A stretch of DNA of 64,000 nucleotides from Eledone cirrhosa (GCA_964016885.1 CAXHJY010001514.1:62001-126000), one strand, 5' to 3'. Shown: positions 12,959 through 27,467, counted from the stretch's first letter. The notes: generated by a model not told the origin, from the sequence alone. Made by a program: numbers and translations.

Positions 12959-13843
12959 TAGGAGAAGTAGTGGCTCTGCCAGGAGGGACTCTCATATCTC
13001 CAAGCTACACACTCTATTGAGAAACGTTACTGCAAAGACCCTTCAGTGGAACCCCATTTCATCTACTTGTATTCAGGATTGTATTCTTTCAGTCATTACA
13101 TTAGATTTTTGCCGGCTTATATTCAAGAACTCTCAGGTCCCAAATATAAGGGGGGAATTGGAACAAGCGGCATTTGGAAAGTTGGTAATTTTTCTAGGTT
13201 GTCTCCCTTGTTGTTTTTAAAACCAGAATTAGTCGTTTAGTTTACATATTGAGACCCAACCCATCCTATTTATTTTATAACATATGGAATTTTTAGTAAT
13301 GTTCTTTTTTTGTCTTGTATAATGTTTTTTAATATGTAAAGAAAAGTAATTGTTGCAAGAATGCTACCACTTAAAATAAGAATTCGCTGGAGATAGATTA
13401 GCAAAATTTAATAAGTGGGGGGGGGGGGGGTTGAGCAGTAGGGAGGGGGTGTAAAAATGAATAAGCAGGTGGGTGAGGAGACGATTATTTGAGATCTGAG
13501 AGTATATATGGTAAGTTATTTACATGTTAATTTCATGACCGTATCATTGATTAAACAACAGACACTCTCATTGTTGAAACCAACAGAAGTTGATTCAATA
13601 AAACCAGTGTTTACATATGGATTAAATGGAAGTTGTGGCATGAATGCCTTTCCCAAGAGTATATATGTATTGGGGCAAAGAAACTTAAGCACAAACTCAA
13701 AAATATATAATAGAAAGATATAATCATATCTCCAAAATGGCTGAATATTCCCGTGTGTGAGTTTTCTTGGTTTTTGTTTTGTTTTTTTACCTTCTTTTTC
13801 TCACTTTTTATCTTTCTATTTTATCTTTTATTTTTAATTCTAC

Positions 13844-13877
13844 CTTCTGATGAAGGACTAGTGTCTGAAATGTTAAG
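13844..13877 (+). ncRNA. Hammerhead motif, family 1 (slightly degenerate), within cassette 13830-13970
   Basis: ctt-CTGATGA-aggactagtgtct-GAAA-tgTT-aag. Confidence 0.6.
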
Positions 13878-14012
13878 ACTCTTTTCCTGCTATTTCAAGC
13901 GTTAAACTAATAATATATCTTCTTCAATCTACAATCGTTTGCTTTGTTATTTCTGTTTACTTTTTAGATATATAAAATCATTATAGACCTAGCTAATCAT
14001 ATAAAGTTTAAC

Positions 14013-14453
14013 TCTAAAGTCTGTCTCAAGCCAGGAGGTTTGTCAGGCCGATGTTGGTCCCAGTTTCATGGTTTGAAGTGACAGAGAATACGGGACTCTC
14101 CCCTGGACAGTATGCCAGTCTATCGTAGGGTTAAACCTCCAGCTATTGCTGGTACTGGTACTCAGCTGAGTATACTGGTCTAAGTCTAAAGTCTGTCTTA
14201 AGCCAGAAGGCTCATTTGACCGCTGCTTATCCCGGTTTCATGGCGTGAAGCAACTGAGAGTACAAGGCTTCCCCTAGACAGGACGCCAGTCCATCGCAGG
14301 GTTAAACCTCCAGCTATTGTTGGTACTCATTTTCAGCTGAGTGAGTATACTGGAGCAACATGAAATGAAGTGTTTTGCTCAAGAACTCAACCCAGCCCAG
14401 GAATCAAACCCACGATATTATGATCCAACACCCTAGACTGCCACATACCTCCA
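14013..14453 (-). mobile_element. tRNA/CORE-type SINE with a V-domain-like 3' part, plus a tandem partial copy
   Basis: Minus strand has a B-box-like gtttgattcc, a ttgagcaaaacacttcatttc CORE-like block and aaccctgcgatggactggcgtcctgtc. 14013-14180 duplicates 14185-14355. Confidence 0.6.
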
Positions 14454-15164
14454 CTAATTATATAAAGCAAAATTAATTAAAGTTATACTGCTCTCAAGCA
14501 GTGTAACTGTTAGTAAGTAAAGCTAGTGATAAAACAGTGATATTGTTTTGTCCCCTGTCTCCAAGTAATTATCTCATAAATCAATGAAAGTAGCCAGATA
14601 ATGCACCTAATCATATTTTAGATTTTTCTAGAAGCAGAACAAACAACCATGATGAAATTTTTCTCAGGTATTCTTTTAGTAGAGTCATTAAGCTGAAATG
14701 AAAATAAAGAAAAGCTATATTGTAGTATTATGGAGTTTATTGAGCTTTTATAGTGCTTTGTCTTAATATAGTAATGAAATATAGGGTTGCCCTGTACCAC
14801 AGTCCCTTGTAACGCCCCAGTCAATCATTTCAAAGCTACTGATTTACATACATGTCTGTTATAGCAGGTGATGAATTAGTTACAAATACCCAATTTGAAG
14901 TGATAATTTACACCATCCGTTGCCTATGAATAAATTTACTTCTGCTTAAGCCGTCTCTGGAATTGGTATGAGGTCTCTCCTGGCATTAGCCTTGATGGAT
15001 GGAGATTACATAGGTATTCCACGACTGTAACTACAACTTCCAAAAGCTGTTCTTGTCTTTGACTCTTTGGTAATATTTTTTCTTATTTTTCTCCCCCACC
15101 CCCACCCTATTTTTTTAGTTTTCTTTGTTGTTTTTATTTTTTATTTCCTTCTTCTTAATATTTC

Positions 15165-15290
15165 ACTTCCCCCACCCCCTCAACCCCCTCCCCTCAACTT
15201 CCCCCACTCCCCCCTCAACCCCCTCCCCTCAACTTTCCCACCTCCCCCTCAACTTCCCCACCTCCCCCTCAACTTCCCCCACCGTCACTC
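15165..15290. repeat. C-rich short tandem repeat (cccctcaacttcccc...)
   Basis: Direct reading; G-run-rich on the minus strand. Confidence 0.8.
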
Positions 15291-15479
15291 CCAAATGTTT
15301 GGTTTTTGTGTTTTGTTTTTTACTCAGGGATCTTGTTTTTTATTGTTGTTGTTGTTGTTAATGTTGTTGTTGTTGTTCCATTTAGGTCTTATAGACGTTA
15401 TTTATGGAGTAACATTTGGTGTTCTTTCACATTTTCTCCATTATTGATTTTTTCTCCATTCTAAACAGAGTGGAATTAT

Positions 15480-16380
15480 GTTGTGATTATAGTGTGTAGT
15501 GTTGTGACTACAGTGTGTTGTATTCTGATTATAGTGTGTAGTGTTGTGACTACAGTGTGTTGTGTTCTGATTATAGTGTGTAGTGTTGTGACTACAGTGT
15601 GTTGTATTCTGATTATAGTGTGTAGTGTTGTGACTACAGTGTGTTGTGTTGTGATTATAGTGTGTAGTGTTGTGACTACAGTGTGTTGTGTTCTGATTAT
15701 AGTGTGTAGTGTTGTGACTACAGTGTGTTGTGTTCTGATTATAGTGTGTAGTGTTGTGACTACAGTGTGTTGTGTTCTGATTATAGTGTGTAGTGTTGTG
15801 ACTACAGTGTGTTGTGTTCTGATTATAGTGTGTAGTGTTGTGACTACAGTGTGTTGTGGTGAGACTACAGTGTGTTGTGGTATGGTGTGTTGTGTTGTGA
15901 TGTGTTGTAAGTATGGTGTGCTGTTCTGTGGTGTGTTGTGTTATCTGTTGTGGTGTGTTGTGTTGTACTGTGTTGTGAGTATGGTGTGTTGTTCTGTGGT
16001 GTATTGTGGCTGTGTTGTGCCGTACTGTGTTGTGTTGTACTGTGTTGTGAGTATGGTGTGGTGTTCTGTGGTGTGTTGTGGCTGTGTTGTGTCGTACTGT
16101 GTTGTGTTGTACTGTGTTGTGAGTATGGTGTGTTGTTCTGTGGTGTGTTGTGGCTGTGTTGTGTCGTACTCTGTTGTGTTGTACTGTGTTGTGAGTATGG
16201 TGTGTTGTTCTGTGGTGTGTTGTGGCTGTGTTGTGTCGTACTCTGTTGTGTTGTACTGTGTTGTGAGTATGGTGTGTTGTTCTGTGGTGTGTTGTGTTTT
16301 AATGCGTTGTGTTGTACTGTGTTGTGTTGTACTGAGTTGTGTTGTACTGTGTTGTGTTGTGTTGTGGCTGTGTTGTGTTG
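15480..16380. repeat. Two adjacent minisatellites: 42-bp unit (about 9x) then 69-bp unit (about 5x)
   Basis: 14-aa and 23-aa periodicity in the spurious ORFs. Confidence 0.9.
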
Positions 16381-16607
16381 TTGACCACAGTTCTAATGAA
16401 ATACATTCTATTTCAATTAATTAATGAAGAATTTTAAGGGTTTTACTAAAATTATTAATTATTTCACTACTAAGATAGTAATTTAATGTAAGGTTCTTAT
16501 ATAAAATTATGTTGGAAGATTTTAATTTAAATTAGAAACCTTTAAAATGGGAGGTTTTATTTCATAGAACCAGAGCTGGTTTTGGCTGGGTTGGTAGCTA
16601 AAGGGTT
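16381..16607 (+). mobile_element. Body and right end of a piggyBac-type (TTAA) MITE
   Basis: Homologous to 33178-33404; ends ggtagctaaaggg|ttaa. Confidence 0.7.
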
Positions 16608-17440
16608 AAAATGGGTCGTTTTATTTCATAGAACCAGGGCTGGTTTTGGCTGGGTTGGTAGCTAAAGGGTTAAAATAGGAGGTTTTATTTCATAGAACCA
16701 GAGCTGGTTTTGGCTGGGTTGGTAGCTAAAGGGTTAAAATGGGTCATTTTATTCCATAGAACCAGAGCTGTTTTTGGCTGGGTTGGTAGCTAAAGGGTTA
16801 AAATGGGTTGTTTTATTTCATAGAACCAGAGCTGGTTTTGGCTGGGTTGGTAACTAAAGGGTTAAAATGGGTGGTTTTATTTCATAGAACCAGAGCTGTT
16901 TTTGGCTGGGTTGGTAGCTAAAGGGTTAAAATAGGAGGTTTTATTTCATAGAACCAGAGCTGGTTTTGGCTGGGTTGGTAATTAAAGAGTTAAAATAGGA
17001 GGTTTTATTTCATAGAACCAGAACTGGTTTTGGCTGGGTTGGTAACTAAAGGGTTAAAATGGGTCGTTTTATTTCATAGAACCAGAGCTGGTTTTGGCTG
17101 GGTTGGTAGCTAAAGGGTTAAAATGGGTCGTTTTATTTCATAGAACCAGAGCTGGTTTTGGCTGGGTTGGTAACTAAAGGGTTAAAATGGGTGGTTTTAT
17201 TTGATAGAACTAGAGCTGGTTTTGGTCAGGTTGGTAACTAAATGGTTAAAATGGGTGGTTTTATTTGATAGAACCAGAGCTGGTTTGGGCTGGGTTAGTA
17301 GCTAAAGGGTTAAAATGGGTGGTTTTATTTCATAGAACCAGAGCTGTTTTTGGCTGGGTTGGTAACTAAAGGGTTAAAATGGGTGGTTTTATTTCATAGA
17401 ACCAGAGCTGTTTTTGGCTGGGTTGGTAACTAAAGATTTA
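16544..17440. repeat. 64-bp tandem array (about 14 copies) made of the MITE right terminus
   Basis: Unit aaaatgggaggttttatttcatagaaccagagctggttttggctgggttggtagctaaagggtt; period 16544 to 16608. Confidence 0.93.
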
Positions 17441-18223
17441 AAACACAGAGTTTTGTATTATAAAACTAGGGACGGTTTCAGGTGGTTAGATACAGAAAGT
17501 GTTAAACTATAAATTAATATTGTTATAATGACCTGAACAAAAGAAGAAATTTAAATAATTGTTTCGTTGCTGTTTTCCTGTGCTCCTATATGAGTAAAAT
17601 ACCGATATCTCATCTCTGTTTTGTCTTTTATTTGTTAACCTTTGCCATAGTTTTGTCTGTGTTGTGTGGCCACTATCTACCACTTTATATTCAGTTTGTG
17701 TTTCAATGAGCCAGACGACGCCTTTCCAGTAAAACTTTTTTTTTTCTTTTCATTAACATTTTAATGAATGAAATCTGAATGAGTTTAAATTTTGTAAAAA
17801 CTAATAATAATAACAATGATGATGATGATGATGATGATGATAATAATGATGATTATGATGATAATAATAATAATAATAATGATAATAATTAGTATCTCTT
17901 TTAAAAAGACCAGAGTGAACAAGAAAAACACTTTCTTCTTTAATTTAAAAAAAAAAGGTGATTTGTAAAGGTATGAACCTGAGAAAGTCTGAATGAGTGT
18001 AAATATGAACAGGTCTGTTAATGTCATAGTCATTGTCTTTATTTAAAATATGAAAAGCAGATATAAAGCTACACAAGAATTTAATTACTAAATATTTAAG
18101 TAAGGTGGTAAATTGGTAGAGTTGTTAGAACATCGAATCAGATCTGTCGTGGTATTTGTTCTGCCCCTTTGTACTCTTTCAAATACTTTTGAAGTTGATA
18201 AAGTACCAGAGTTGTTAGAATAT

Positions 18224-18395
18224 CATCATCATCATCGTTTTACGTCTGTTCTTCCACACTAGCATGGGTTAGACAGGTCATCCTGTTGTGAGCAGTGTCA
18301 AGTCAGCTGACCTTGTCTTGCTCATACAGGAACTGATTCTAGCTTGATTTCTACAGCTGGATTCCCTTCCTAACACCAACCTCATTTACAGTGAG
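18224..18395 (-). mobile_element. 3' UTR fragment of the RTE family at 44948-46388
   Basis: Matches 44948-45120. Confidence 0.7.
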
Positions 18396-18772
18396 TGATA
18401 AAATACTTTGTCGTACTTGTTACTGCTTTCTCTCTCAGTTCATATCCTGCCAAGGTCAACGTTGCCTTTCATCCATTACAAATAAAAAAAAAGTACCAGT
18501 CAAGTACTGGTGTCGATTCTTCCTCTATATCTTTTTCTCTCTTCCTCTCTATCGTTCTCTGAAAGAAATCTGTTGTATTCAGGCCTGGAGAAGAGATGGG
18601 TTCTGCCAGATTAAAAAAAATACCTAAGAAATGCCATATGTCAATATGGTGCTCCTGTGACTCCCCCAGGAGTTATGGAACCGGACATTATAAACTACCA
18701 GTTCAATGTTTTCTCTCTCTCATTCTGGAAGAAATCGGCTGTTGTTACTGCTGTTGTTTACCAAGCAGACTG

Positions 18773-18819
<47 letters not shown>

Positions 18820-18829
18820 GTATATATAT

Positions 18830-19836
18830 ACTGGATGGAAAAAGTTCAGAGAGCTTATACCACTATTAGCCGCTAAAGGGTTCTCCCTAAAAATGAAAGG
18901 CAGGTTATACGATGCCTGCATACGAACAGCAATGCTGCATGGCAGTGAGACCTGGGCATTGTGTACAGAGGATATATGCAGACTAGAGAGGAACGAAGCT
19001 TGCATGCTCCGCTGGATGTGCAATAGTAATATACGTGAACGGCAAAGCATAAACGAACTAAGGAAAAAATTAGAAATAAGAGGGATCAGATGTTGTTTAC
19101 TCGAGAGAAGACTACGTTGGTATGGTCACGTGATGCGCATGAAAGACGACAGCTGTATAACAAAGTGCAGGGCAATAAAGATAGACGGTAGCCACGGAGT
19201 AGGCAGACCCAGAAAAACATGGGACGAGCTGATAAATTCCGACCTCACACGCTTACACCTCTCCAAGACAATGTCACTGGACCGAGACCTTTGGCGGTAC
19301 TCAGTAATAGAGAAGACCCGCCTTACCTAAATACAAAGTAAAAACCTACTACAGTCAGTAGGCATCTCTATCAAAACACCCCCCCGTCCCACCACCTCCA
19401 CCCCATCCACACCGCCCCTTTCAATGTACAGTTATGTTGGTCCCACAACATCCAGGCCGAAACAAATGAGATCGTGTAGGTGTCACGATAAAAAAACACA
19501 CAGTCCACGCTGTAAATGTGGCCGTGTAGGCAATACGGTAAAAACCTCCCAGCCCCACACTGTAAATGTGGTTGGTGTTAGGAAGGGCATCCAGCTGTAG
19601 AAAACCCGCCAGACAGTCCACGCTGTAATGTGGCCATGTAGGCAACACGGTAAAAACCTCCCAGCCCCACACTGTAAATTTGGTTGGTGTTAGGAAGGGC
19701 ATCCAACTGTAGAAAACCCGCCAGACAGTCCTATGCGAGCAAGTCAACCACTCTTGCCTCAAGTGGGAAAACCCCCGTCCAAACCCATGCAAGCGTGGAA
19801 CACGGACGCTAAACCTGATGATGATGATGATGATGA
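18830..19836 (+). mobile_element. 5'-truncated RTE LINE (family A): C-terminal ORF piece, 3' UTR, (GAT)n tail, inserted in (TA)n
   Basis: TGWKKFRELIPLL...MLHGSETWA...RRLRWYGHVMR...GRPRKTW...KTRLT*; highly similar to 40246-41130. Confidence 0.92.
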
Positions 19837-21107
<1,271 letters not shown>

Positions 21108-21111
<4 letters not shown>

Positions 21112-21396
21112 TAGTCCTTCATCAGTGATCTTCCAACCATCATTGGTATTTCATCGCTTTAAAGACCATATACCTCCGGTTGTTGCGAGCAACGGCTAAA
21201 GAAAGTGGTTGGGACACATAAATAAGGGGAACGAGCGAGAATGTAAACAAACAAAGATGGTATTATATTCATGGAAATCTGGGACTTGACTCTTTCTTCC
21301 TCACTTTTCCTTGCTTTACCATCTTTCTTTGTTTACATTCTCGCTCGTTCCCCTTATTTACGTGTCCCAACCACTTTCTTTAGCCATTGCTCGCAC
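21108..21396 (-). mobile_element. PLE-like cassette with a ~78-bp inverted repeat and a truncated hammerhead 5' half
   Basis: 21184-21262 is inverted at 21317-21395; minus strand gatca-CTGATGA-aggactaac runs into (TA)n at 21107. Confidence 0.5.
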
Positions 21397-21479
21397 CAAA
21401 CAGCAATGAAAACTTCATCTATCAAAACTATCTCAATAACATTAATCACTTTCTCTTTCACAACAGTAACATTTCATTG

Positions 21480-24412
21480 TGTTATCTTGTGGCTGTGTTG
21501 TGATGGCTGTGTGGTGATGGATGTGTTGTGATGTGGCTGTGTTATGATGGCTGTCTTGTGGCTGTGTTGTGGCTGTGTTGTGATGGCTGTGTTGTGATGG
21601 CTGTGTTGTGATGGCTGTGTTGCGATGGATGTGTGGTGATGGCTGCGTTGCGATGGATGTGTTGTGATGTGGCTGTGTTATGATGGCTGTGTTGTGGCTG
21701 TGTTGTGATGGCTGTGTTGTGATGGCTGTGTTGTGATGGCTGTGTGGTGATGGCTGTGTGGTGATGGCTGTGTTGTGATGGATGTGTTGTGATGTGACTG
21801 TGTTATGATGGCTGTGTTGTGGCTGTGTTGTGATGGCTGTGTTGTGATGGCTGTGTTGTGATGGCTGTGTTGTGATGGCTGTGTTGTGATGGCTGTGTGG
21901 TGATGGCTGTGTTGTGATGGATGTGTTGTGATGTGACTGTGTTATGATGGCTGTGTTATGATGGCTGTGTTGTGGCTGTGTTGTGATGGCTGTGTTGTGT
22001 TGTGTTGTGTTGTGGCTGTATTGTGTTGTGGCTGTGTTGTGATGGCTGTGTTGCGATGGATGTGTTGTGTCTGTGTTGTGGCTGTGTTGTGATGGCTGTG
22101 TTGTGTCTGTGTTGTGGCTGTGTTGTGATGGCTGTGTTGTGATGGCTGTGTTGTGATGGCTGTGTTGTGATGTGGCTGTGTTATGATGTGGCTGTGTTGT
22201 GGCTGTGTTGTGGCTGTGTTGTGATGGCTGTGTTGTGATGGCTGTGTTGTGATGGCTGTGTTGTGATGGCTGTGTTGTGATGGCTGTGTTGTGATGGCTG
22301 TGTGGTGATGGCTGTGTTGTGATGGATGTGTTGTGATGTGGCTGTGTTATGATGGCTGTGTTGTGGCTGTGTTGTGATGGCTGTGTTGTGATGGCTGTGT
22401 TGTGGCTGTGTTGTGATGTGGCTGTGTTGTGATGTGGCTGTGTTGTGATGGCTGTGTTGTGATGGCTGTGTTGTGTTGTGGCTGTGTTGTGATGGCTGTG
22501 TTGTGATGGCTGTGTTGTGATGGCTGTGTTGCGATGGATGTGTTGTGTTGTGTTGTGTTGTGGCTGTGTTGTGGCTGTGTTGTGGCTGTGTTGTGTTGTG
22601 GCTGTATTGTGTTGTGGCTGTGTTGTGATGGCTGTGTTGTGATGGCTGTGTTGTGATGGCTGTGTGGTGATGGCTGTGTTGTGATGGATGTGTTGTGATG
22701 TGGCTGTGTTATGATGGCTGTGTTGTGGCTGTGTTGTGATGGCTGTGTTGTGATGGCTGTGTTGTGGCTGTGTTGTGATGTGGCTGTATTGTGATGTGGC
22801 TGTGTTGTGATGTGGCTGTGTTGTGATGGCTGTGTTGTGATGGCTGTGTTGTGTTGTGTCTGTGTTGTGATGGCTGTGTTGCGATGGATGTGTTGTGTTG
22901 TGTTGTGTTGTGGCTGTGTTGTGGCTGTATTGTGTTGTGGCTGTGTTGTGATGGTGGTGTTGTGGCTGTGTTGTGATGTGGCTGTGTTGTGATGGCTGTG
23001 TTGTGATGGCTGTGTTGTATTGTGTTGTGTTGTGTTGTGGCTATGTTGTGGCTGTGTTGTGTTGTGGCTGTATTGTGTTGTGGCTGTGTTGTGTTGTGGC
23101 TGTGTTGTGATGGCTGTGTTGTGATGGCTGTGTTGTGATGGCTGTGTTGCGATGGATGTGTTGTGTTGTGTTGCGGCTGTGTTGTGGCTGAGTTGTGGCT
23201 GTGTTGTGATGGCTGTGTTGTGTTGTGTTGTGGCTGTGTTGTGATGGTGGTGTTGTGGCTGTGTTGTGATGTGGCTGTGTTGTGATGGCTGTGTTGTGAT
23301 GGCTGTGTTGTGGCTGTGTTGTGATGTGGCTGTGTTGTGATGGCTGTGTTGTGGCTGTGTTGTGATGTGGCTGTGTTGTGATGTGGCTGTGTTGTGATGT
23401 GGCTGTGTTGTGATGGCTGTGTTGTGATGGCTGTGTTGTGTTGTGGCTGTGTTGTGATGTGGCTGTGTTGTGGCTGTGTTGTGATGGCTGTTGTGGCTGT
23501 GTTGTGGCTGTGTTGTGATGTGGCTGTGTTTGTGATGGCTGTGTTGTGTTGTGGCTGTGTTGTGATGTGGTTGTGTTGTGGCTGTGTTGTGATGACTGTG
23601 TTGTATTGTGGTTGTGTGGTGATGGCTGTGTTGTGATGGATGTGTTGTGATGGATGTGTTGTGATGGCTGTGTTGTGTTGTGGTTGTGTTTTGGCTGTGT
23701 TGTGTGGTTGCTGTGTTGTGTTGTGGCTGTGTTGTGATGGCTGTGTTGTGATGGCTGTGTTACGATGGATGTGTTGTGTTGTGATGACTGGGTTGTGATG
23801 TGGCTGTGTTGTGATGGCTGTGTTGCGGCTGTGTTGTGGCTGTGTTATGATGGCTGTATTGTGTTGTGTTGTGGCTGTGTTGTGATGGCTGTGTTGTGGC
23901 TGTGTTGTGATGTGGCTGTGTTGTGATGGCTGTGTTGTGATGGCTGTGTTGTGTTGTGGCTGTGTTGTGATGTGGCTGTGTTGTGGCTGTGTTGTGTGGT
24001 GGCTGTGTTGTGATGTGGCTGTGTTGTGATGGCTGTGTTGTGATGTGGCTGTGTTGTGATGGCTGTGTTGTGATGTGGCTGTGTTGGGATGTGGCTGTGT
24101 TGTGATGTGGCTGTGTTGTGATGGATGTGTTGTGTTGTGGCTGTGTTGTGTTGTGGCTGTGTTGTAATGGCTGTGTTGTGGCTGTGTTGTGATGACTGTG
24201 TTGTGTTGTGACTGTGTGGTGATGGCTGTGTTGTGATGGATGTGTTGTGTTGTGTTGTGGCTGTGTTGTGTTGTGTTGGGGCTGTGTTGTGATGGCTGTG
24301 TTGTGACTGTGTGGTAATGGCTGTGTTGTGATGGATGTGTTGTGTTGTGGCTGTGTTGTGTTGTGACTGTGTTGTGGCTGTGTTGTGTTGGCTGTGTTGT
24401 GGCTGTGTTGTG
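21480..24412. repeat. GT-rich minisatellite (gtgttgtgatggct and variants)
   Basis: Direct reading. Confidence 0.96.
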
Positions 24413-24434
24413 TCCACTAAGCCATGTTCCTACG

Positions 24435-24462
24435 TATATGTATATATATATATGTATATATA

Positions 24463-24523
<61 letters not shown>

Positions 24524-24838
24524 CATACATATATATATATATATATATATTTACATACATATATATATATATATACGTATATAAATACATACATATATAT
24601 ATATATATATACGTATATATACACATACATATATGTATATGTATATATATATATACATACATATATGTATATGTATACATACTACGTATATGTATATATA
24701 TATTTACATACATATATATATATAAACGTATATATATACATACATATATGTATATGTATATATATACATACATATATGTATATGTATACATACGTATATG
24801 TGTATATATATATATGTGTATATATATATATATATACA

Positions 24839-24876
<38 letters not shown>

Positions 24877-25025
24877 TGTATATATATATATATACATACA
24901 TATATGTATATATATACATACATATATGTATATATATATATATAACTATATATATATATATGTATATATATATACATACATATATGTATATATATATATA
25001 TATATATAATATACATACATATATG

Positions 25026-25061
<36 letters not shown>

Positions 25062-25073
25062 CATACATATATG

Positions 25074-25105
<32 letters not shown>

Positions 25106-25540
25106 CATACATATATGTATATATATATATATATATATGTATGTATATATATATATATATACATCAATATATGTATATATATATATGTATATATATATAT
25201 ACATACATATATGTATATATATATATACATATATGTATATAACGTCCCAGTCCCACACTGTAAATGTGGTTGGTGTTAGGAAGGGCATCCAGCTGTAGAA
25301 AACCTGCCAGACAGTCCACGCTGTAATGTGGCCGTGTAGGCAACACGGTAAAAACCTCCCAGCCCCACACTGTAAATGTGGTTGGTGTTAGGAAGGGCAT
25401 CCAGCTGTAGAAAACCCGCCAGACAGTCCTATGCGAGCAAGACAACCACTCTTGCCTCAAGTGGGAAAACTCCCGTCCAAACTCATGCAAGCGTGGAACA
25501 CGGACGTTAAACGATGATGATGATGATATATATACATACA

Positions 25541-25584
<44 letters not shown>

Positions 25585-25920
25585 TGTATATATATATATA
25601 TATATATACATATATGTATATATATATATATATATATACATACATATATGTATATATATATATATATACATACATATATGTAAATATATATACATACATA
25701 TATGTATATATATATATATATACATACATATATGTATATATATATATATATACATACATATATGTAAATATATATATATACATACATATATGTATATATA
25801 TATATATATATATACATACATATATGTATATATATATATATATATATACATACATATATGTAAATATATATATATACATACATATATGTATATATATATA
25901 TATACATATATGTATATATA
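24435..25920. repeat. (TA)n/(TACA) microsatellite interrupted by an RTE 3' UTR
   Basis: Direct reading. Confidence 0.95.
25245..25526 (+). mobile_element. 3' UTR of RTE family A
   Basis: Matches 19548-19836, including the duplicated ggtgttaggaagggcatcc block. Confidence 0.85.
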
Positions 25921-25954
25921 CATGGGTACGTCTCTATTTATAAAACAAACTTTG

Positions 25955-26016
25955 TATTTTATCTGATGAAAGCGTACCAATGTTGTCTTGGTTGCCCTTG
26001 AAATATATATAAAATA
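25955..26016 (+). ncRNA. Hammerhead motif in cassette 25923-26152
   Basis: tattttat-CTGATGA-aagcgtaccaa...ttggttgccctt-GAAA-tatata-taaaata. Confidence 0.6.
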
Positions 26017-26172
26017 AATATGGTTTTATAAATATAGTTTCCATTCATTTAATATCATTGAATATTTACTCCATGTACTGTTGAGTGCTCTAAATCAGTT
26101 ATAAACATTTATGTTTGTCGGACTTCCAACAAATTAAATACAACTTCTACTTGTATATATATATATATATAT

Positions 26173-27086
26173 GTGGTTATATTGAGTACGCTGAGGAACA
26201 ACCGGTCCTGGCATTGATAAATATGCTGGGTCCGTCAACTCCTTATTATTATCTCCCAACTAGTGGACTAATGAGAGTAACTTAAACAATTTTTCATTTT
26301 TTTTATTGTTTTGTTTTGATATGCGCTCTAATTCCTGCTATTAATTTTATCTCTCACTCTTTTAAGTTGTGAAATAGACTGGTTTACACACGTGGCTGGT
26401 CACTAACCAGCATGCTACTCTATATCACTGTATAATAGATGTTGGCATTTAATGTCCGTAAAGGTTGTTGGCACTACCATTGTTACCATCACTTTCCTCT
26501 AGCCATGGGACTTGGAGACATGAGCCGAATGCTACCGTTCTATTATACAATAATGTGGGACTGCTCTTTCTAATAGCCATCTTTTCACCTCTTATAAATT
26601 TGTGTTTGAGGCACGTTGGCTGAGAGCTTATGATGGGAGCAGAACTATTTGATTTTTAATCTCCTGCCACCATATAAAGTTTGTAAATCGGTGGCTGGTC
26701 GGGGGACAGAATTGTATCAGATTCCAGTTGCTAATCACTTTACTGTGTCGGGTGTCACAAACAGTCATAGCTGGCATGGACTGGGGTTGAATTCTGTCGA
26801 TCGATTGGTTATTGATTAGGCGATACCCGCTGATGAAGCCACATGCGCCGATTATGCATTGTTGCATAATATATGCAGACGGAAGGTGCAGTGCACCCTA
26901 CTACTGCATTAAGTGTTGCCGAAATTCGAGTCCAGGAACTACTATAGGTACCTGTTTACGTGTTGTATTGAAGCGAATAACTATGTGTATACTCTGGGAA
27001 TGTATCCTACATTACCTATTGAGTACGCTGAGATAGAACCGGTCCTGGCACTGATAAATATGCTGGGTCCGTCAACTCCTTATTAT
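26173..27086 (+). mobile_element. ~0.9-kb non-coding retrozyme/PLE-like element with a ~70-bp direct terminal repeat
   Basis: 26180-26249 is repeated at 27017-27085; hammerhead at 26826-26936; (TA)n on both sides; no credible ORF. Confidence 0.65.
26826..26936 (+). ncRNA. Hammerhead motif with a branched stem II
   Basis: cccg-CTGATGA-agccacat...gtgttgcc-GAAA-ttcgag-TC-cagg; internal hairpins attatgca/tgcataat and gtgcagt/actgcat. Stem I has one mismatch. Confidence 0.55.
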
Positions 27087-27242
27087 ATATATATATTTAT
27101 GTATATGTATATATACATATATGTATGTATATATATATTTATATATATATATACATATATGTATGTATATATATGTTTTTGAAAAACAAGATGGCGTAGG
27201 ACAGAACAAAAGAGAGGCACAAAACAAAGAAAAGAATCCCCG

Positions 27243-27285
27243 GTCACTGATGAGGTCACAGAATGTGTAACGAAAAAACTTTGAC
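27243..27285 (+). ncRNA. Hammerhead motif (partly degenerate) in cassette 27178-27455
   Basis: gtca-CTGATGA-ggtcaca(gaa)tgtgtaac-GAAA-aaacTT-tgac. Confidence 0.55.
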
Positions 27286-27438
27286 AATATATGAACAACC
27301 ATCCGGTTGTGGAACCAACCAACCAACCGGATATTTATAAATTTTTTTAAATTTATAATTTAATTTATGATAAATTGGAGTGAAAGCAACTGGTGCGTGT
27401 GTTTCTTATTGGCAACATGACCCTCCCAAATTATAACA

Positions 27439-27467
<29 letters not shown>

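Noticed and set aside
13457-13516. Strong donor atg|gtaagt as a possible first coding exon
   Set aside because: Phase 0 does not match the phase-2 acceptor at 31091, and there is no other support.
14951-15013. Candidate upstream trh exon (ttaag|ccgtct...cat ag|gtattc, phase-2 donor)
   Set aside because: Phase fits but there is no recognisable Trh homology and the splice sites are weak; needs RNA-seq.
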